A stretch of DNA of 64,000 nucleotides from Anaerolineae bacterium. Its GTDB lineage: Bacteria > Chloroflexota > Anaerolineae > J102. Shown here one piece after another: positions 9,129 to 18,423 of the stretch (position 1 is its first letter; every line of letters begins with the position of its first letter). The position numbers and the translations under genes were made by a program. The stretch covers positions 1,917 to 65,916 of the forward strand of contig JALXCB010000112.1 of the NCBI GenBank assembly GCA_026991225.1, given 5' to 3'. The notes beneath the pieces are model-generated. The model worked only from the letters and a program-made list of their open reading frames with translations. It was not told the DNA's origin and did not search any database.

Positions 9129-10055
9129 ATGAAAATCCTTGTCACCGGCGGGGCCGGGTTCATTGGCTCCCACATCGTCGACCGCTACATCGAACTGGGC
9201 CATGACGTCATCGTCGTGGACAACCTGGCCACGGGCAGCAAGGCCAATGTGAATCCCAACGCCCGCTTCTTCCCCCTGGACGTGCGCTCTCCCGAATTCG
9301 CCGCTCTCATCCGCAGCGAAAAGCCCGACGTCATCAACCATCACGCCGCCCAAACCCTGGTGCGCATCTCCACCGAACAGCCCGTCTTCGACGCCGACGT
9401 CAATGTGCTGGGCATCATCAACCTGCTGCAGGCCGCGGCCGAGGCGGACGTGCGCAAGGTCATCTTCGCCTCTTCGGGTGGCACCGTGTACGGCGTTCAG
9501 GACAAACTCCCCATCACCGAGGACACCCCCTTCGCGCCGCAAAGCCCCTACGGCATCAGCAAAACCGCCAGCGAGTTCTATCTGCGCTACTATGCGGCCA
9601 ACTGGGGCGTGGCCTATACCGCCTTGCGCTACGCCAACATCTTCGGCCCGCGCGACACCGTCTCCAGCGAACACGTCATCACCGTCTTCGCCACCCAGAT
9701 GATCCGGGGCGAAACCCCCACCATCCACTGGGATGGCGAACAGGCCAAGGATTATCTTTACGTCGGAGATGTGGTCAATGCCAATGTGCAGGCGTTGACA
9801 AAGGGGGACAACGAAGCCTACAATCTGGGAGCCGGTCAACCTATCTCGGTCAACACCATCTTCAAGCTGATTCGAGACATCCTGGATGTGGATGTGGAAC
9901 CTCGATTCGGCCCCAAACGTATGGGGGACGTGCGCCTGTTCTATCTGGATAGCCGCAAAGCGCAAAGGGAACTGGACTGGCGTCCGCAGGCGCCCTTCCT
10001 CGACGCCCTGACCGAAACCGTGCACTGGTACCGCGACCACCTGTTCCGAAAATAG
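9129..10055 (+). CDS. NAD-dependent sugar epimerase/dehydratase (UDP-glucose 4-epimerase family)
   Basis: ATG 9129 gives MKILVTGGAGFIGSH (Rossmann fold). Catalytic YGISK present. The track's 9045 start lies in repeat DNA. The last codons (LFRK-TAG) lie in a shared repeat junction. Confidence 0.88.
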   Translation: MKILVTGGAGFIGSHIVDRYIELGHDVIVVDNLATGSKANVNPNARFFPLDVRSPEFAALIRSEKPDVINHHAAQTLVRISTEQPVFDADVNVLGIINLLQAAAEADVRKVIFASSGGTVYGVQDKLPITEDTPFAPQSPYGISKTASEFYLRYYAANWGVAYTALRYANIFGPRDTVSSEHVITVFATQMIRGETPTIHWDGEQAKDYLYVGDVVNANVQALTKGDNEAYNLGAGQPISVNTIFKLIRDILDVDVEPRFGPKRMGDVRLFYLDSRKAQRELDWRPQAPFLDALTETVHWYRDHLFRK

Positions 10056-10210
10056 TGTTGTCGTTGGTTGAGGAAGGATCGCCAGGCCGACGTTGGCGAG
10101 GCGGCAACGGGCGTGATGCGTGAAAACGTGAAACGTGAATCTTACGCATCACGCATGACGTTTCACGGCCCGTCAACCTGGCCGCGAGGCGTTTTCATCC
10201 GCATCAACGA
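10056..10210. repeat. intergenic hairpin repeat, 'CGTGATGCGT' family (copy 1 of 3)
   Basis: Near-identical to 59358-59545 and 54094-54300. The core CGTGATGCGTGAAAACGTGAAACGTGA..ACGCATCACG is an inverted repeat. Confidence 0.8.
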
Positions 10211-10277
10211 ACAATCGTTCGTGGTGACTGTTCACTGATTACCATTCACTGATTACTGATAACTGACTACCGAAACC

Positions 10278-12182
10278 GTGCCCAACACCACCCCCTGTCC
10301 CCACCTGGGACTCGCCTACGACCGCAGCCTCCTTCGCACCGAGCCCGACGGGGACCATCGCTGCTACGCCCAACTCCCGCCCGCGCCCATCGACCTGGCG
10401 CATCAGGAAGCCTATTGCCTCACGGCGGAGCATGTCAATTGTCCTTTTTACATTCATCCCGTAGGAACCGAGGGGCCAGAGGAGGAGGAAGATGTCCGCG
10501 CCTGGCAAAAGGCGTATCTGGGCATTATCGGGGTCATTCTCGTGGTCCTGGCCGTGGTGTATGGCCGTACGCTGTTGTTCCCACCCGCCGTCGCCCCGAC
10601 CTCGACGCCGACGGCGATGGCGTTGCCCACAGAAAGGACTTCTTCTCCCACGGTCGTCCCCACGCTGCCGCCGACGCCGCTTCCGGTGACGCCGCCCGCC
10701 GAGGTCAGCACACCTACGCCCGAGCCGGGCGGCCGCAGCTTCACCCTGCGACCCGACGCCGGGGATGTGACCTGGTGGGATAGCCAGGAAGCCGCCCGGG
10801 CCCATGTGGGCGATTCCTTTCTCTATGCAGGATATTTTCAGGGCCGGGTATTCCTCTCCGCCATCCGCTTCGACCTCTCGCGCATCCCTCGCGGCGCGCC
10901 CATCCGCGGGGCCACCCTTTCCCTGACCGGGCTGCAAATCGACCGCTTTGATCCCCGGGCCGGCGGGCAATGGACCGTGCAGATATTGCAACCCGACGCC
11001 ATCGATGGCTGGCCCCGCCTCGATTTCCAGACGGCGCTCAACGTGCCCGCGGCCATCACCCTGGTGCCCTCGCTGACCGCGGACCAGTTGGGCAAGGGCG
11101 TGGAAAATCGCTGGGAGTTAGACGCCAGCGCCCTGGTCTGGATCGAGCAGGCATTGGTTGATGGCAAGGACGCCCTGGTGTTTCGCATCGTGGGGCCCAC
11201 AGGCGGGAAGAGCACGCTGTTTGGGTGGGATAGCGGCGTCGGGCCGGAGAGCCTGGGCGAGCCGCCGCGCTTGTGGCTGAATGTGGGACCGCCGCCGGCC
11301 ACGCCGCCGCCATTGCCCACCCAAGAGCTTATCGTCGCCACCCTCACGCCCACACCCGCCAACGTGCTGACCGTGGCCGCCAACAGTCTCACGGCCACGG
11401 CGGTCGCCCGCACCATCGGGACGTATACGCCGGTTCCTCCCAACATCGCTACGCCCACGCCTACGCCCGCCAATCTGGCCACCATCCAGGCGCTGGCGTT
11501 CCAGCTTGGGTTACCGCCTGTCGCTCCGCCCACCCCCTTCCCTCACAACGACGCCACGGCCACAGCGCAGGCCAACTATGCAACGGCCGTGGCCATCGCC
11601 ACCGGCACTTTTACGCCCACGCCCGAGGACGCGGTCACGCCCTTCTTCCCCACGCCCACGCCCACCGCTGGCAACCTGGCCACGGCCGTCGCCTACGTAT
11701 TGCAGGCCACGGCCCAGGCTCAAACCGCGACGCCCACGCCCTACCCCTATAACGCGCTCGTCCCCACGCCCACCTTCACGCCCTGGTTCATCACCGCCAC
11801 CCCTACGCCAATCAACGCGGCCACGGCCACAGCAGAAAGCTTTTACGCCACGGCTGTGGCGCTGACCACGGGCACGCCCACGCCTCTCCCTCCCAACGCA
11901 ATCATCCTCCCCTACGGCGTCAAGGAGACGCCCGCGCCGCATCCTTTCGTCAGCGGAGAGCAGGTGCAAATCGCGGGCGAAGAGGCTGTGGAGGTCCGTC
12001 GCGCACCCTCTCTCGATGCTTCCATTGTCACGAAATTGACGCCCGGCGCGAAAGTCACGATCGTGGGCGGGCCATATTTCGCAGGACAGTCGATATGGTG
12101 GCTTGTTCGATTCGAGTCAGCATCTGCTATAATGTATGAAGGATGGATTCGAAACCAGCAATTGGCTCCCATCGGTGAATGA
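10278..12182 (+). CDS. membrane-anchored protein: N-terminal Cys/His-rich cytoplasmic motif, one TM, Thr/Pro-rich region, C-terminal SH3b-like domain
   Basis: 634 aa with GTG start. N-terminus CPHLG...HRC...CLTAEHVNCPFY, TM GIIGVILVVLAVVYG, long TPTP-type low-complexity stretches, and C-terminal GEQVQIAG...WWLVRFE...GWI (SH3-like). Confidence 0.7.
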   Translation: MPNTTPCPHLGLAYDRSLLRTEPDGDHRCYAQLPPAPIDLAHQEAYCLTAEHVNCPFYIHPVGTEGPEEEEDVRAWQKAYLGIIGVILVVLAVVYGRTLLFPPAVAPTSTPTAMALPTERTSSPTVVPTLPPTPLPVTPPAEVSTPTPEPGGRSFTLRPDAGDVTWWDSQEAARAHVGDSFLYAGYFQGRVFLSAIRFDLSRIPRGAPIRGATLSLTGLQIDRFDPRAGGQWTVQILQPDAIDGWPRLDFQTALNVPAAITLVPSLTADQLGKGVENRWELDASALVWIEQALVDGKDALVFRIVGPTGGKSTLFGWDSGVGPESLGEPPRLWLNVGPPPATPPPLPTQELIVATLTPTPANVLTVAANSLTATAVARTIGTYTPVPPNIATPTPTPANLATIQALAFQLGLPPVAPPTPFPHNDATATAQANYATAVAIATGTFTPTPEDAVTPFFPTPTPTAGNLATAVAYVLQATAQAQTATPTPYPYNALVPTPTFTPWFITATPTPINAATATAESFYATAVALTTGTPTPLPPNAIILPYGVKETPAPHPFVSGEQVQIAGEEAVEVRRAPSLDASIVTKLTPGAKVTIVGGPYFAGQSIWWLVRFESASAIMYEGWIRNQQLAPIGE

Positions 12183-12227
12183 TGGCGATTTACTCAGAAC
12201 ATCACATTTCACTTCAGGATCAACACC

Positions 12228-13919
12228 GTGGAACTTAGAGAATACCTGCTTCCTCTTCGCAAATGGTGGTGGCTTTTAGTTCTATCGACGATAATAGCGG
12301 CTGTCTTCAGCTTTCTCGCTGTCAGCCAGCAGCCCCCCATCTATCAGACGCATGTGACTTTGATGGTGGGGCGGGCCATCGACAACCCCAACCCCTCCGG
12401 CTCCGATTTCTGGCTGACGCAACAATTGGCCAACACGTATGCCGACATCGCCAAACGCGAGCCGGTCAAGCAGGCTACTATGGACGCGCTGGGGCTGACG
12501 TGGTTGCCCGAATACACCGTAAGGGTGGTTCCCAACACGCAACTCATCGAGATCGCGGTGACCGATACGGACCCGGTGCGGGCGCAGGCTGTAGCCAACG
12601 AACTGGCCAACCAGCTCATCAAACAAAGCCCCACTGGCAGCGGGCCGGATCAGCAGCGCCAGGAATTCATCGAACAGCAATTGAATGAATTGGAGAAGGG
12701 GATCGAGGAGACAAAAGCGCAAATCGATCAGAAACAGGAAGAGTTGGCGTCCATGTTCAGCGCCCGACAGATCGCGGACGCCAAAGCGCAAATCCAGGCC
12801 TTGCAAGACAAGTTGAACACATTGCAGGCCAATTACGCCTCGCTCCTGGCAAATACCGAACAGGGAGCCATCAACACCCTGACCATTATCGAACCTGCCG
12901 TCCTACCCGAGAAGCCCGTGGGCCCCAACAAGCCCATGACTGTGTTGTTGGCCTCGGCCATTGGCCTCATTCTGGCGGCTATGGCGGCCTATTTGTTGGA
13001 TTACCTGGACGACACGATTAAAACGCCCGATGAAGTCAAGAAGCTGTTGGATTTGACGACGTTGGGGGCTGTGCCGCGCATGAAGGATTCCGAGCCGGAG
13101 TTGATCGCTATGAGTAGCTCGCAATCGCCTGCGGTCGAGTCCTACCGCATCCTGCGTACGAATTTGCAATTCGCTGCGGTGAATCACCCCCTGGACGCCT
13201 TGTTGATCACAAGTCCGTCTCCAACCGAGGGCAAATCGATGACCGTGGCCAATCTCGCCATTGCCATGGCCCAGGCGGGAAAGAAGACCATCATCGTTGA
13301 TGCGGACCTTCATCGCCCCCGACAGCACAAACTCTTCTCCCTGCCCAACAATGTTGGCGTCACCACCGCCCTCCTTTCGGAACATCCCGAACCGGATGGC
13401 CTGCTGCAATCGACGCAGACACCCAACCTGTCCGTGCTGACATCCGGGCCGTTACCGCCCAACCCCGCCGAACTGCTCGGCTCTGAACGGATGAAGGCGC
13501 TTTTGCAGCATTTGGCGGAAGAAGCTGACATGATCATTCTAGACAGCCCGCCCGCCACCGTCCTTTCCGACGCCATGATCCTCTCCACCCAAAGCGATGG
13601 CGTGCTTTTGGTGTTGGACGTGGGGCAGACTCGTCGGGATGCAGCACAGCGGGCTGTGGAAGGGCTCCGGCAGGTGAACGCCCGCATCGTTGGCGTTTTG
13701 CTGAATCGCGTGCCCATCAAGGGAAGCGGATATTATTACTATTATTACTACTACAGCAGCGATTATAGCTCCCACGATGGCCGTCGCGGCTCTGGCAAGG
13801 GGCTCTGGGGGCGTCGCAAAAAACGCAAACGGCGCACTTCTCGGCAGGCGGCCGCGCCGGCGCCCGCCCCATCATCTCCCGCGACGCAGCCGGCGCAAAC
13901 CTCCGTCGACCCAAACTGA
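12228..13919 (+). CDS. Wzz-type chain-length determinant fused to BY-kinase (tyrosine autokinase)
   Basis: 563 aa. N-terminal Wzz TM plus coiled coil. Walker A SPSPTEGKSMT, A' DADLHRP, Walker B IILDSPP. C-terminal Tyr cluster GYYYYYYYYSSDYSS followed by a basic tail. Confidence 0.9.
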   Translation: MELREYLLPLRKWWWLLVLSTIIAAVFSFLAVSQQPPIYQTHVTLMVGRAIDNPNPSGSDFWLTQQLANTYADIAKREPVKQATMDALGLTWLPEYTVRVVPNTQLIEIAVTDTDPVRAQAVANELANQLIKQSPTGSGPDQQRQEFIEQQLNELEKGIEETKAQIDQKQEELASMFSARQIADAKAQIQALQDKLNTLQANYASLLANTEQGAINTLTIIEPAVLPEKPVGPNKPMTVLLASAIGLILAAMAAYLLDYLDDTIKTPDEVKKLLDLTTLGAVPRMKDSEPELIAMSSSQSPAVESYRILRTNLQFAAVNHPLDALLITSPSPTEGKSMTVANLAIAMAQAGKKTIIVDADLHRPRQHKLFSLPNNVGVTTALLSEHPEPDGLLQSTQTPNLSVLTSGPLPPNPAELLGSERMKALLQHLAEEADMIILDSPPATVLSDAMILSTQSDGVLLVLDVGQTRRDAAQRAVEGLRQVNARIVGVLLNRVPIKGSGYYYYYYYYSSDYSSHDGRRGSGKGLWGRRKKRKRRTSRQAAAPAPAPSSPATQPAQTSVDPN

Positions 13920-14181
13920 AAGCGCAGGATGACATCCGGGAAGGCGTGCTGACGCATTCAGGCCACAATCGCATATCGACCGCCAACATTGTTCTCATCG
14001 TTCCCTCACGCAAAAGCGCCAGTTGTTGTGAAGACTTTTTGCAATTGCTTGGCTTCACTCCGGGAGACATTCAGGTTGTTCACCGCGGAGCACGCAGAGG
14101 ACGCAGAGTCAACTGAACACTGACGACTGATCACTGATTTCCCCAGCGCCCTTTGCGGTGAGTTGTTGCAAAGCCATCGTC

Positions 14182-15345
14182 ATGTCTGTTCCGAATGCTC
14201 TATTCTACGCTTTGCTCCGGGCCCGATGGGACGAAAGCGCGTGGTCCGAGGCCGCGCAAATCATCCAGGAGGGCTCCATCGATTGGCCCGCGTTCCTTCA
14301 TCTCGCCAAAGCGCGCGGGCTCGCCCCTCTCATCTATAGCGTGACGCGAGATCATGCTCTCCTGCCGCCGCAGGTGGACCGGGCGTTGCAAGCGCACTAT
14401 GTGCACAACGCGGCTCGCTCCACCCTGCTTTTCGACACACTCCACGCCATCCTGGATGCGTTCGAGCGCGAGGGCGTTCAGGTCATCCTGCTCAAAGGCG
14501 CGGCCCTGGCCGAAAGCGTCTACGCCAACCCCGCGTTGCGCCCGATGATGGACCTGGATCTCCTGATCCGGCGCGACAGTCTGGACGCGGCGACGCGGGC
14601 ATTGACAGACCTGGGCTTTGCACCCGACCGGCGCGAACCTCGCCGCGGCGCCATACAGGCATTCGAGAGCCAGATGCGCTTTCATCGCCCCGATCTGACC
14701 GACTCCCTGGTCGAGCTTCATTGGAGCCTGCTGGATTCACCCTACTACCAGGAGCGCCTGAATGAGGCGTGGTTCTGGCAAAGCGCCCGTCCAGTGAGGG
14801 ACAGCCACGCGCACACGCTCGGCCCCGAAGCGCAGATCATCCACCTCAGCGCCCACATGCTGCTCCATCATGGGCGAGCCATCTGGCTGGGGATGCACGA
14901 CATCGCGGAGGTGTGTTATCACGAGAAGGACACCCTGGATTGGGCGCTGCTCCTGGCAAAAGCCAGGGCCATGCACCTCGTATTGCCCCTACAGCACATC
15001 CTGCCACAAGTGAAGCGAGGCTGGCGGGCTTCCATCCCAGACGCAGTCCTCCAGGATCTCCAGCGGCTTCCGGCCTCGGATGACGAACGGCGGGCGTTTC
15101 ACTGGCTCACGCGACAACGGACGTCCGAAGCGCATCATTTCCTGGCGGACCTCCTCACCACGCCCTCCGCCCGCCAGCGATGGCGCTTCGCCCTGGCCAA
15201 CATCTTCCCCTCGCCCGTTTACGTCCGGGAGCGCTACGGCATGAAAACGCCCTGGTTGACGCCCTATGCCTATCTTCGGCGATGGCTGCGCGGCATGGCC
15301 CATCTCCGGCATCTGTTGCGCCCGCCCCAGCCTTTCCGCGAGTGA
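14182..15345 (+). CDS. uncharacterised nucleotidyltransferase (NTP_transf_5-like), copy 1
   Basis: MSVPNALFYALLRARWDE...; motifs LKGAALAESVYANPALRPMMDLDLLIRR and ELHWSL. Paralog of 23386-24561. A GTG at 14158 is an alternative start. Confidence 0.75.
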   Translation: MSVPNALFYALLRARWDESAWSEAAQIIQEGSIDWPAFLHLAKARGLAPLIYSVTRDHALLPPQVDRALQAHYVHNAARSTLLFDTLHAILDAFEREGVQVILLKGAALAESVYANPALRPMMDLDLLIRRDSLDAATRALTDLGFAPDRREPRRGAIQAFESQMRFHRPDLTDSLVELHWSLLDSPYYQERLNEAWFWQSARPVRDSHAHTLGPEAQIIHLSAHMLLHHGRAIWLGMHDIAEVCYHEKDTLDWALLLAKARAMHLVLPLQHILPQVKRGWRASIPDAVLQDLQRLPASDDERRAFHWLTRQRTSEAHHFLADLLTTPSARQRWRFALANIFPSPVYVRERYGMKTPWLTPYAYLRRWLRGMAHLRHLLRPPQPFRE

Positions 15346-15351
15346 GCTTTT

Positions 15352-15782
15352 GTAACTGCTAACGTAGCCCTGTTCACTCGACACGGATAGGAGGAAACGC
15401 GGATAAAATCTTTTGGGTGCGTCCTAAATGAGTTGGCGTTAGCCGGACGTACTGGCCGAGTGAACGGGGCCCTTTAGAGCCTGTTATGAACTTATCGCCA
15501 ATTTGGCGTTGATTTTGTAGATGACGCGCGTTTCAATTCGCCACGGATGAAGCTGATGCGGCGATCTTGGCCTTTGAAGGCGGCAAAATGCATAACAGCC
15601 TCTAGGCGCAAGCCCCCTCCTTTGCTTCCTCCCCCGCTTCGAGACGGGCGGGGGGAGGAAATCAAGTCGCAAGTGGCAAGTCCTTCTGGGAAGACGTTTT
15701 TTCACCCGCCACTTTTTCCTTCGCGCCTTCGTTCTCTTCGTGTCTTCGTGGCAAAAAGTAGCAGCGAGACCTGCGTAGTTAT
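15352..15782. mobile_element. composite/nested repeat: type-1 MITE halves flanking other repeat modules
   Basis: Left end GTAACTGCTAACGTAGCCCTGTTCACTCGACACGGATA matches the 25078 and 62332 copies. The right end CTTCGTGTCTTCGTGGCAAAAAG...GCGTAGTTAT is degenerate. The interior matches the inverted 28440-28540. No clean TSD. Confidence 0.55.
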
Positions 15783-15790
15783 TTTTCAAC

Positions 15791-16258
15791 ATGCTATCCC
15801 CCGCCGCTCTGCACTCCACCGTCTACGCCGCGGTCCTGCGCGACGCCCTCGCCCGAAATCGCGGTTTCTCATGGACGCTGCAGGGCGAAAGCATGTGCCC
15901 GACCCTGCCGCCGGGCTGCGTCGTGACCATCCAGCCGCTGCAGACACCCAGATTGGGCGATATCGTCGTATTTTCCCAGGGGGACAGACTCCTGGCCCAT
16001 CGTCTGGTGCGCCGCCGCGGGGATGGCTGGATCTGCCAGGGCGACGCCCGGCGCACGCCCGACGGTCTTATCACCCGAGAGCACATCATCGGGCGGGTCG
16101 TCGAAGCCCGATGGGGGGAGCGTGTGATCTGGGCCGCACCGGAGTCGGCGCCCACTCGCTATCGTTGGATACTCCGCTATCACCTTTTGCGAGCGTTTCG
16201 ACTTTTTCGAAGACTTCATCGCGAGATCATCGTCCCATGGAAACGGCCTTCGTTCTGA
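15791..16258 (+). CDS. soluble S24/S26-family peptidase (signal-peptidase-like, Ser/His type)
   Basis: 155 aa. Ser motif QGESMCPTLPPG. AHRLV sits where bacterial SPase I has K-R, resembling the SipW/Sec11-type His. GDIVVF and QGD are present. No TM helix seen. Confidence 0.75.
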   Translation: MLSPAALHSTVYAAVLRDALARNRGFSWTLQGESMCPTLPPGCVVTIQPLQTPRLGDIVVFSQGDRLLAHRLVRRRGDGWICQGDARRTPDGLITREHIIGRVVEARWGERVIWAAPESAPTRYRWILRYHLLRAFRLFRRLHREIIVPWKRPSF

Positions 16259-17127
16259 GCTTCGCCGGGCTTTCCTTTCGCATCGACGCCCCAGAACCCG
16301 AGTGGTCCCAACGCTTGCAAGAACGATATCAGGCCTTTCTTGCGGACGAGGCCGCCGCGGATTGGCGCATCGCCCTGCGCCACGCCCCCGATCTTCCCCA
16401 GGCCGCCGCGGATTGGGCCCGGCATGAAGCCACGCGCACCGAGTTTCACATCGCCTCCTACCGGGGGCGGGTGGATTTCGCCACGCGTCGGGCCCAGGTC
16501 CTCACGCCCGACCTGCAACGAGCGCCGTCGGCCCTGGCCCGCACCATCACCTTCATCGCCACGGTGATCTTGCCTCGGGAAAAGGACGGCTTGCTGCTTC
16601 ACGCTTGCGGGCTGGCTAGCGACGCCGCGGCCTTCGCCTTCTGCGGACCTTCGGGCGCGGGCAAGAGCACCATCGCCCAACTGGTCCCGCCTACCCTCCA
16701 GGTCATGAGCGATGAAAACGTGATTGTGCGTTTGAGCGAAGCCGGGCCGATCCTTTACAACACGCCTTTCTGGGGCCAGAATACGCCCGAGACGCGCATC
16801 CATCGTCAACGCATCCATCGCCCCCTGAAAGCGGCGTTCATCCTCAAACAAAGCCCTCGCTGGTCGTTGCGCCCCCTTGCGCCATCCCAGGCGATTCTGG
16901 CATTGCTCGCCACCGAAAAAGTGGCCGTGGAACGCACGCCCAGCGCCCAGGCCTGGCTCGACATCGCCTCCCGGCTCCTGGCCCAAACGCCCATCTTCGA
17001 ACTGGGCTTCCTGCCCGCGCCCGAACTCTGGTCATTTCTCGCCGAACAGGGTTTTCCTATCCCCCTGTCTTCTCCTGAATCTCGCCATGTCCCTCCCCGA
17101 CCATCTCACTCCCCGACGCCATCCTGA
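16237..17127 (+). CDS. HPr-kinase-related P-loop protein (HprK C-terminal-domain-like)
   Basis: ATG 16237 (METAFVLSF...) overlaps the peptidase gene by 22 nt. LLLHACGLASDAAAFAFCGPSGAGKSTIAQL resembles the HprK P-loop. The longer track ORF (15547) runs through repeat DNA. Confidence 0.75.
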   Translation: METAFVLSFAGLSFRIDAPEPEWSQRLQERYQAFLADEAAADWRIALRHAPDLPQAAADWARHEATRTEFHIASYRGRVDFATRRAQVLTPDLQRAPSALARTITFIATVILPREKDGLLLHACGLASDAAAFAFCGPSGAGKSTIAQLVPPTLQVMSDENVIVRLSEAGPILYNTPFWGQNTPETRIHRQRIHRPLKAAFILKQSPRWSLRPLAPSQAILALLATEKVAVERTPSAQAWLDIASRLLAQTPIFELGFLPAPELWSFLAEQGFPIPLSSPESRHVPPRPSHSPTPS

Positions 17128-17368
17128 CACCGCCTTTCGCGTCTTCGAGGGCGAGGCCGTACTCATCTCCCCCGCCCAGAACATGGTGCGCACGTTGAAC
17201 GTCACCGGGTCTCGCATCTGGGAATTGATGGATGGCGAGCACAGCATCGCCGATATCGCCGCCATCCTCAGCCAGGAATTCGAGGTCTCCACCGCCCACG
17301 CCCTGTCCAGCGTGCGGGCTTTCGTGCAGGAACTGGCGGAGCGCCAGCTCGTTCAGCTTGCGTCCTGA
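17087..17368 (+). CDS. PqqD-family protein (RiPP recognition element-like), copy 1
   Basis: 93 aa from ATG 17087, with a 41-nt overlap with the kinase gene. FRVFEGEAVLISPAQNMVRTLNVTGSRIWELMDG..SIADIAAILSQEFEVS is PqqD-like. Confidence 0.8.
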   Translation: MSLPDHLTPRRHPDTAFRVFEGEAVLISPAQNMVRTLNVTGSRIWELMDGEHSIADIAAILSQEFEVSTAHALSSVRAFVQELAERQLVQLAS

Positions 17369-17370
17369 CC

Positions 17371-18423
17371 GTGGACCCCTATCAATCCCTGCTCGATCGC
17401 CTCAAACGACAGCACACGCCCTACGCGGTGACGTGGGAACTGACCCATCGCTGCAACCTGGCCTGCTTCATGTGCTACAACGTCCCCCGCGCCCAGCCGG
17501 AACTCTCTACGGAGGAGGCTCTGGACGTGCTGGAGCAACTGGCCCGGGCCGGGGTGCTGCGCCTCACCTTCACCGGCGGCGAAGTCCTGGCGCGGCGAGA
17601 TTTCCTCACCATTGCCCGCCGCGCCCGTGAACTGGATTTCGCCATCGACATAAAAACAAACGCCACCTTGATCACGCCCGAGCTGGCGGATGAATTGGCC
17701 GCGTTGCATCCGGTGGAGGTGGAAGTCAGCCTTTTGGGCGCCACGCCCGAGACGGTGCAGGGCGTCATGGGCGGCCACCGCACATTGAACCGCATCCTGG
17801 GTGGGGTGCGCCTTTTGCTGAACCGCGGCGTGCGCGTCACCCTGAATTCGCTGATGATGCGCATCAATCTGCACGAACGCGAAGCCATGATGGCCCTGGC
17901 CCGCGAACTGGGCGTCCCCCATCGCATGGTTTTCAAAATCTCGCCCGACGATGACGGCAACGATAAATCCAGGGGCCAACAGCTTCCCTTCGAGGACATG
18001 GTGACGCTGTATGGGGAAATGTGCGAGCCCTTCCAGCCGCGGCCCGGCCATCCCCGCGCCCGCACCTGCTCCGTGGGCCTCCACGCCTGCCTCATCGATC
18101 CCTACGGAGTCGTCTTCCCCTGCATCGAACTGCGCATTCCCGCCGGTAGCCTGCGCCAGCAGCCCTTCGAGACTATCTGGCGGGAAGCCCCCATCTTCCG
18201 CGAACTGCGTGAGCGGCACACGCTGGCCCACATGCCCGCGTGCCGCACCTGTCCCTTGCAGACGTATTGCGAGGGGCGTTGCTCGGGCGCAGCCTGGAAA
18301 GAACGGGGCGATCTGTACGCCCCCCACACCCTGGCCTGCCGCCAGGCCCAGGCCCGATATCACAGCCTGCATCCTGCCGAACCCATCCCATCTCCCGCCT
18401 TCTTCCTGGAACCTGCGCCATGA
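17371..18423 (+). CDS. radical SAM enzyme with C-terminal SPASM domain
   Basis: GTG start 2 nt after the PqqD stop. CNLACFMC (CxxxCxxC). C-terminal Cys clusters CSVGLHACLIDPYGVVFPC and CRTCPLQTYCEGRCSG. Confidence 0.9.
   Translation: MDPYQSLLDRLKRQHTPYAVTWELTHRCNLACFMCYNVPRAQPELSTEEALDVLEQLARAGVLRLTFTGGEVLARRDFLTIARRARELDFAIDIKTNATLITPELADELAALHPVEVEVSLLGATPETVQGVMGGHRTLNRILGGVRLLLNRGVRVTLNSLMMRINLHEREAMMALARELGVPHRMVFKISPDDDGNDKSRGQQLPFEDMVTLYGEMCEPFQPRPGHPRARTCSVGLHACLIDPYGVVFPCIELRIPAGSLRQQPFETIWREAPIFRELRERHTLAHMPACRTCPLQTYCEGRCSGAAWKERGDLYAPHTLACRQAQARYHSLHPAEPIPSPAFFLEPAP

Noticed and set aside
15547-16236. N-terminal 230-codon extension of the HprK-like ORF (track ORF 15547-17127).
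   Set aside because: The extension runs through MITE and repeat modules and overlaps the S26-like peptidase gene in another frame. The internal ATG 16237 (METAFVLSF) gives a normal-sized protein.
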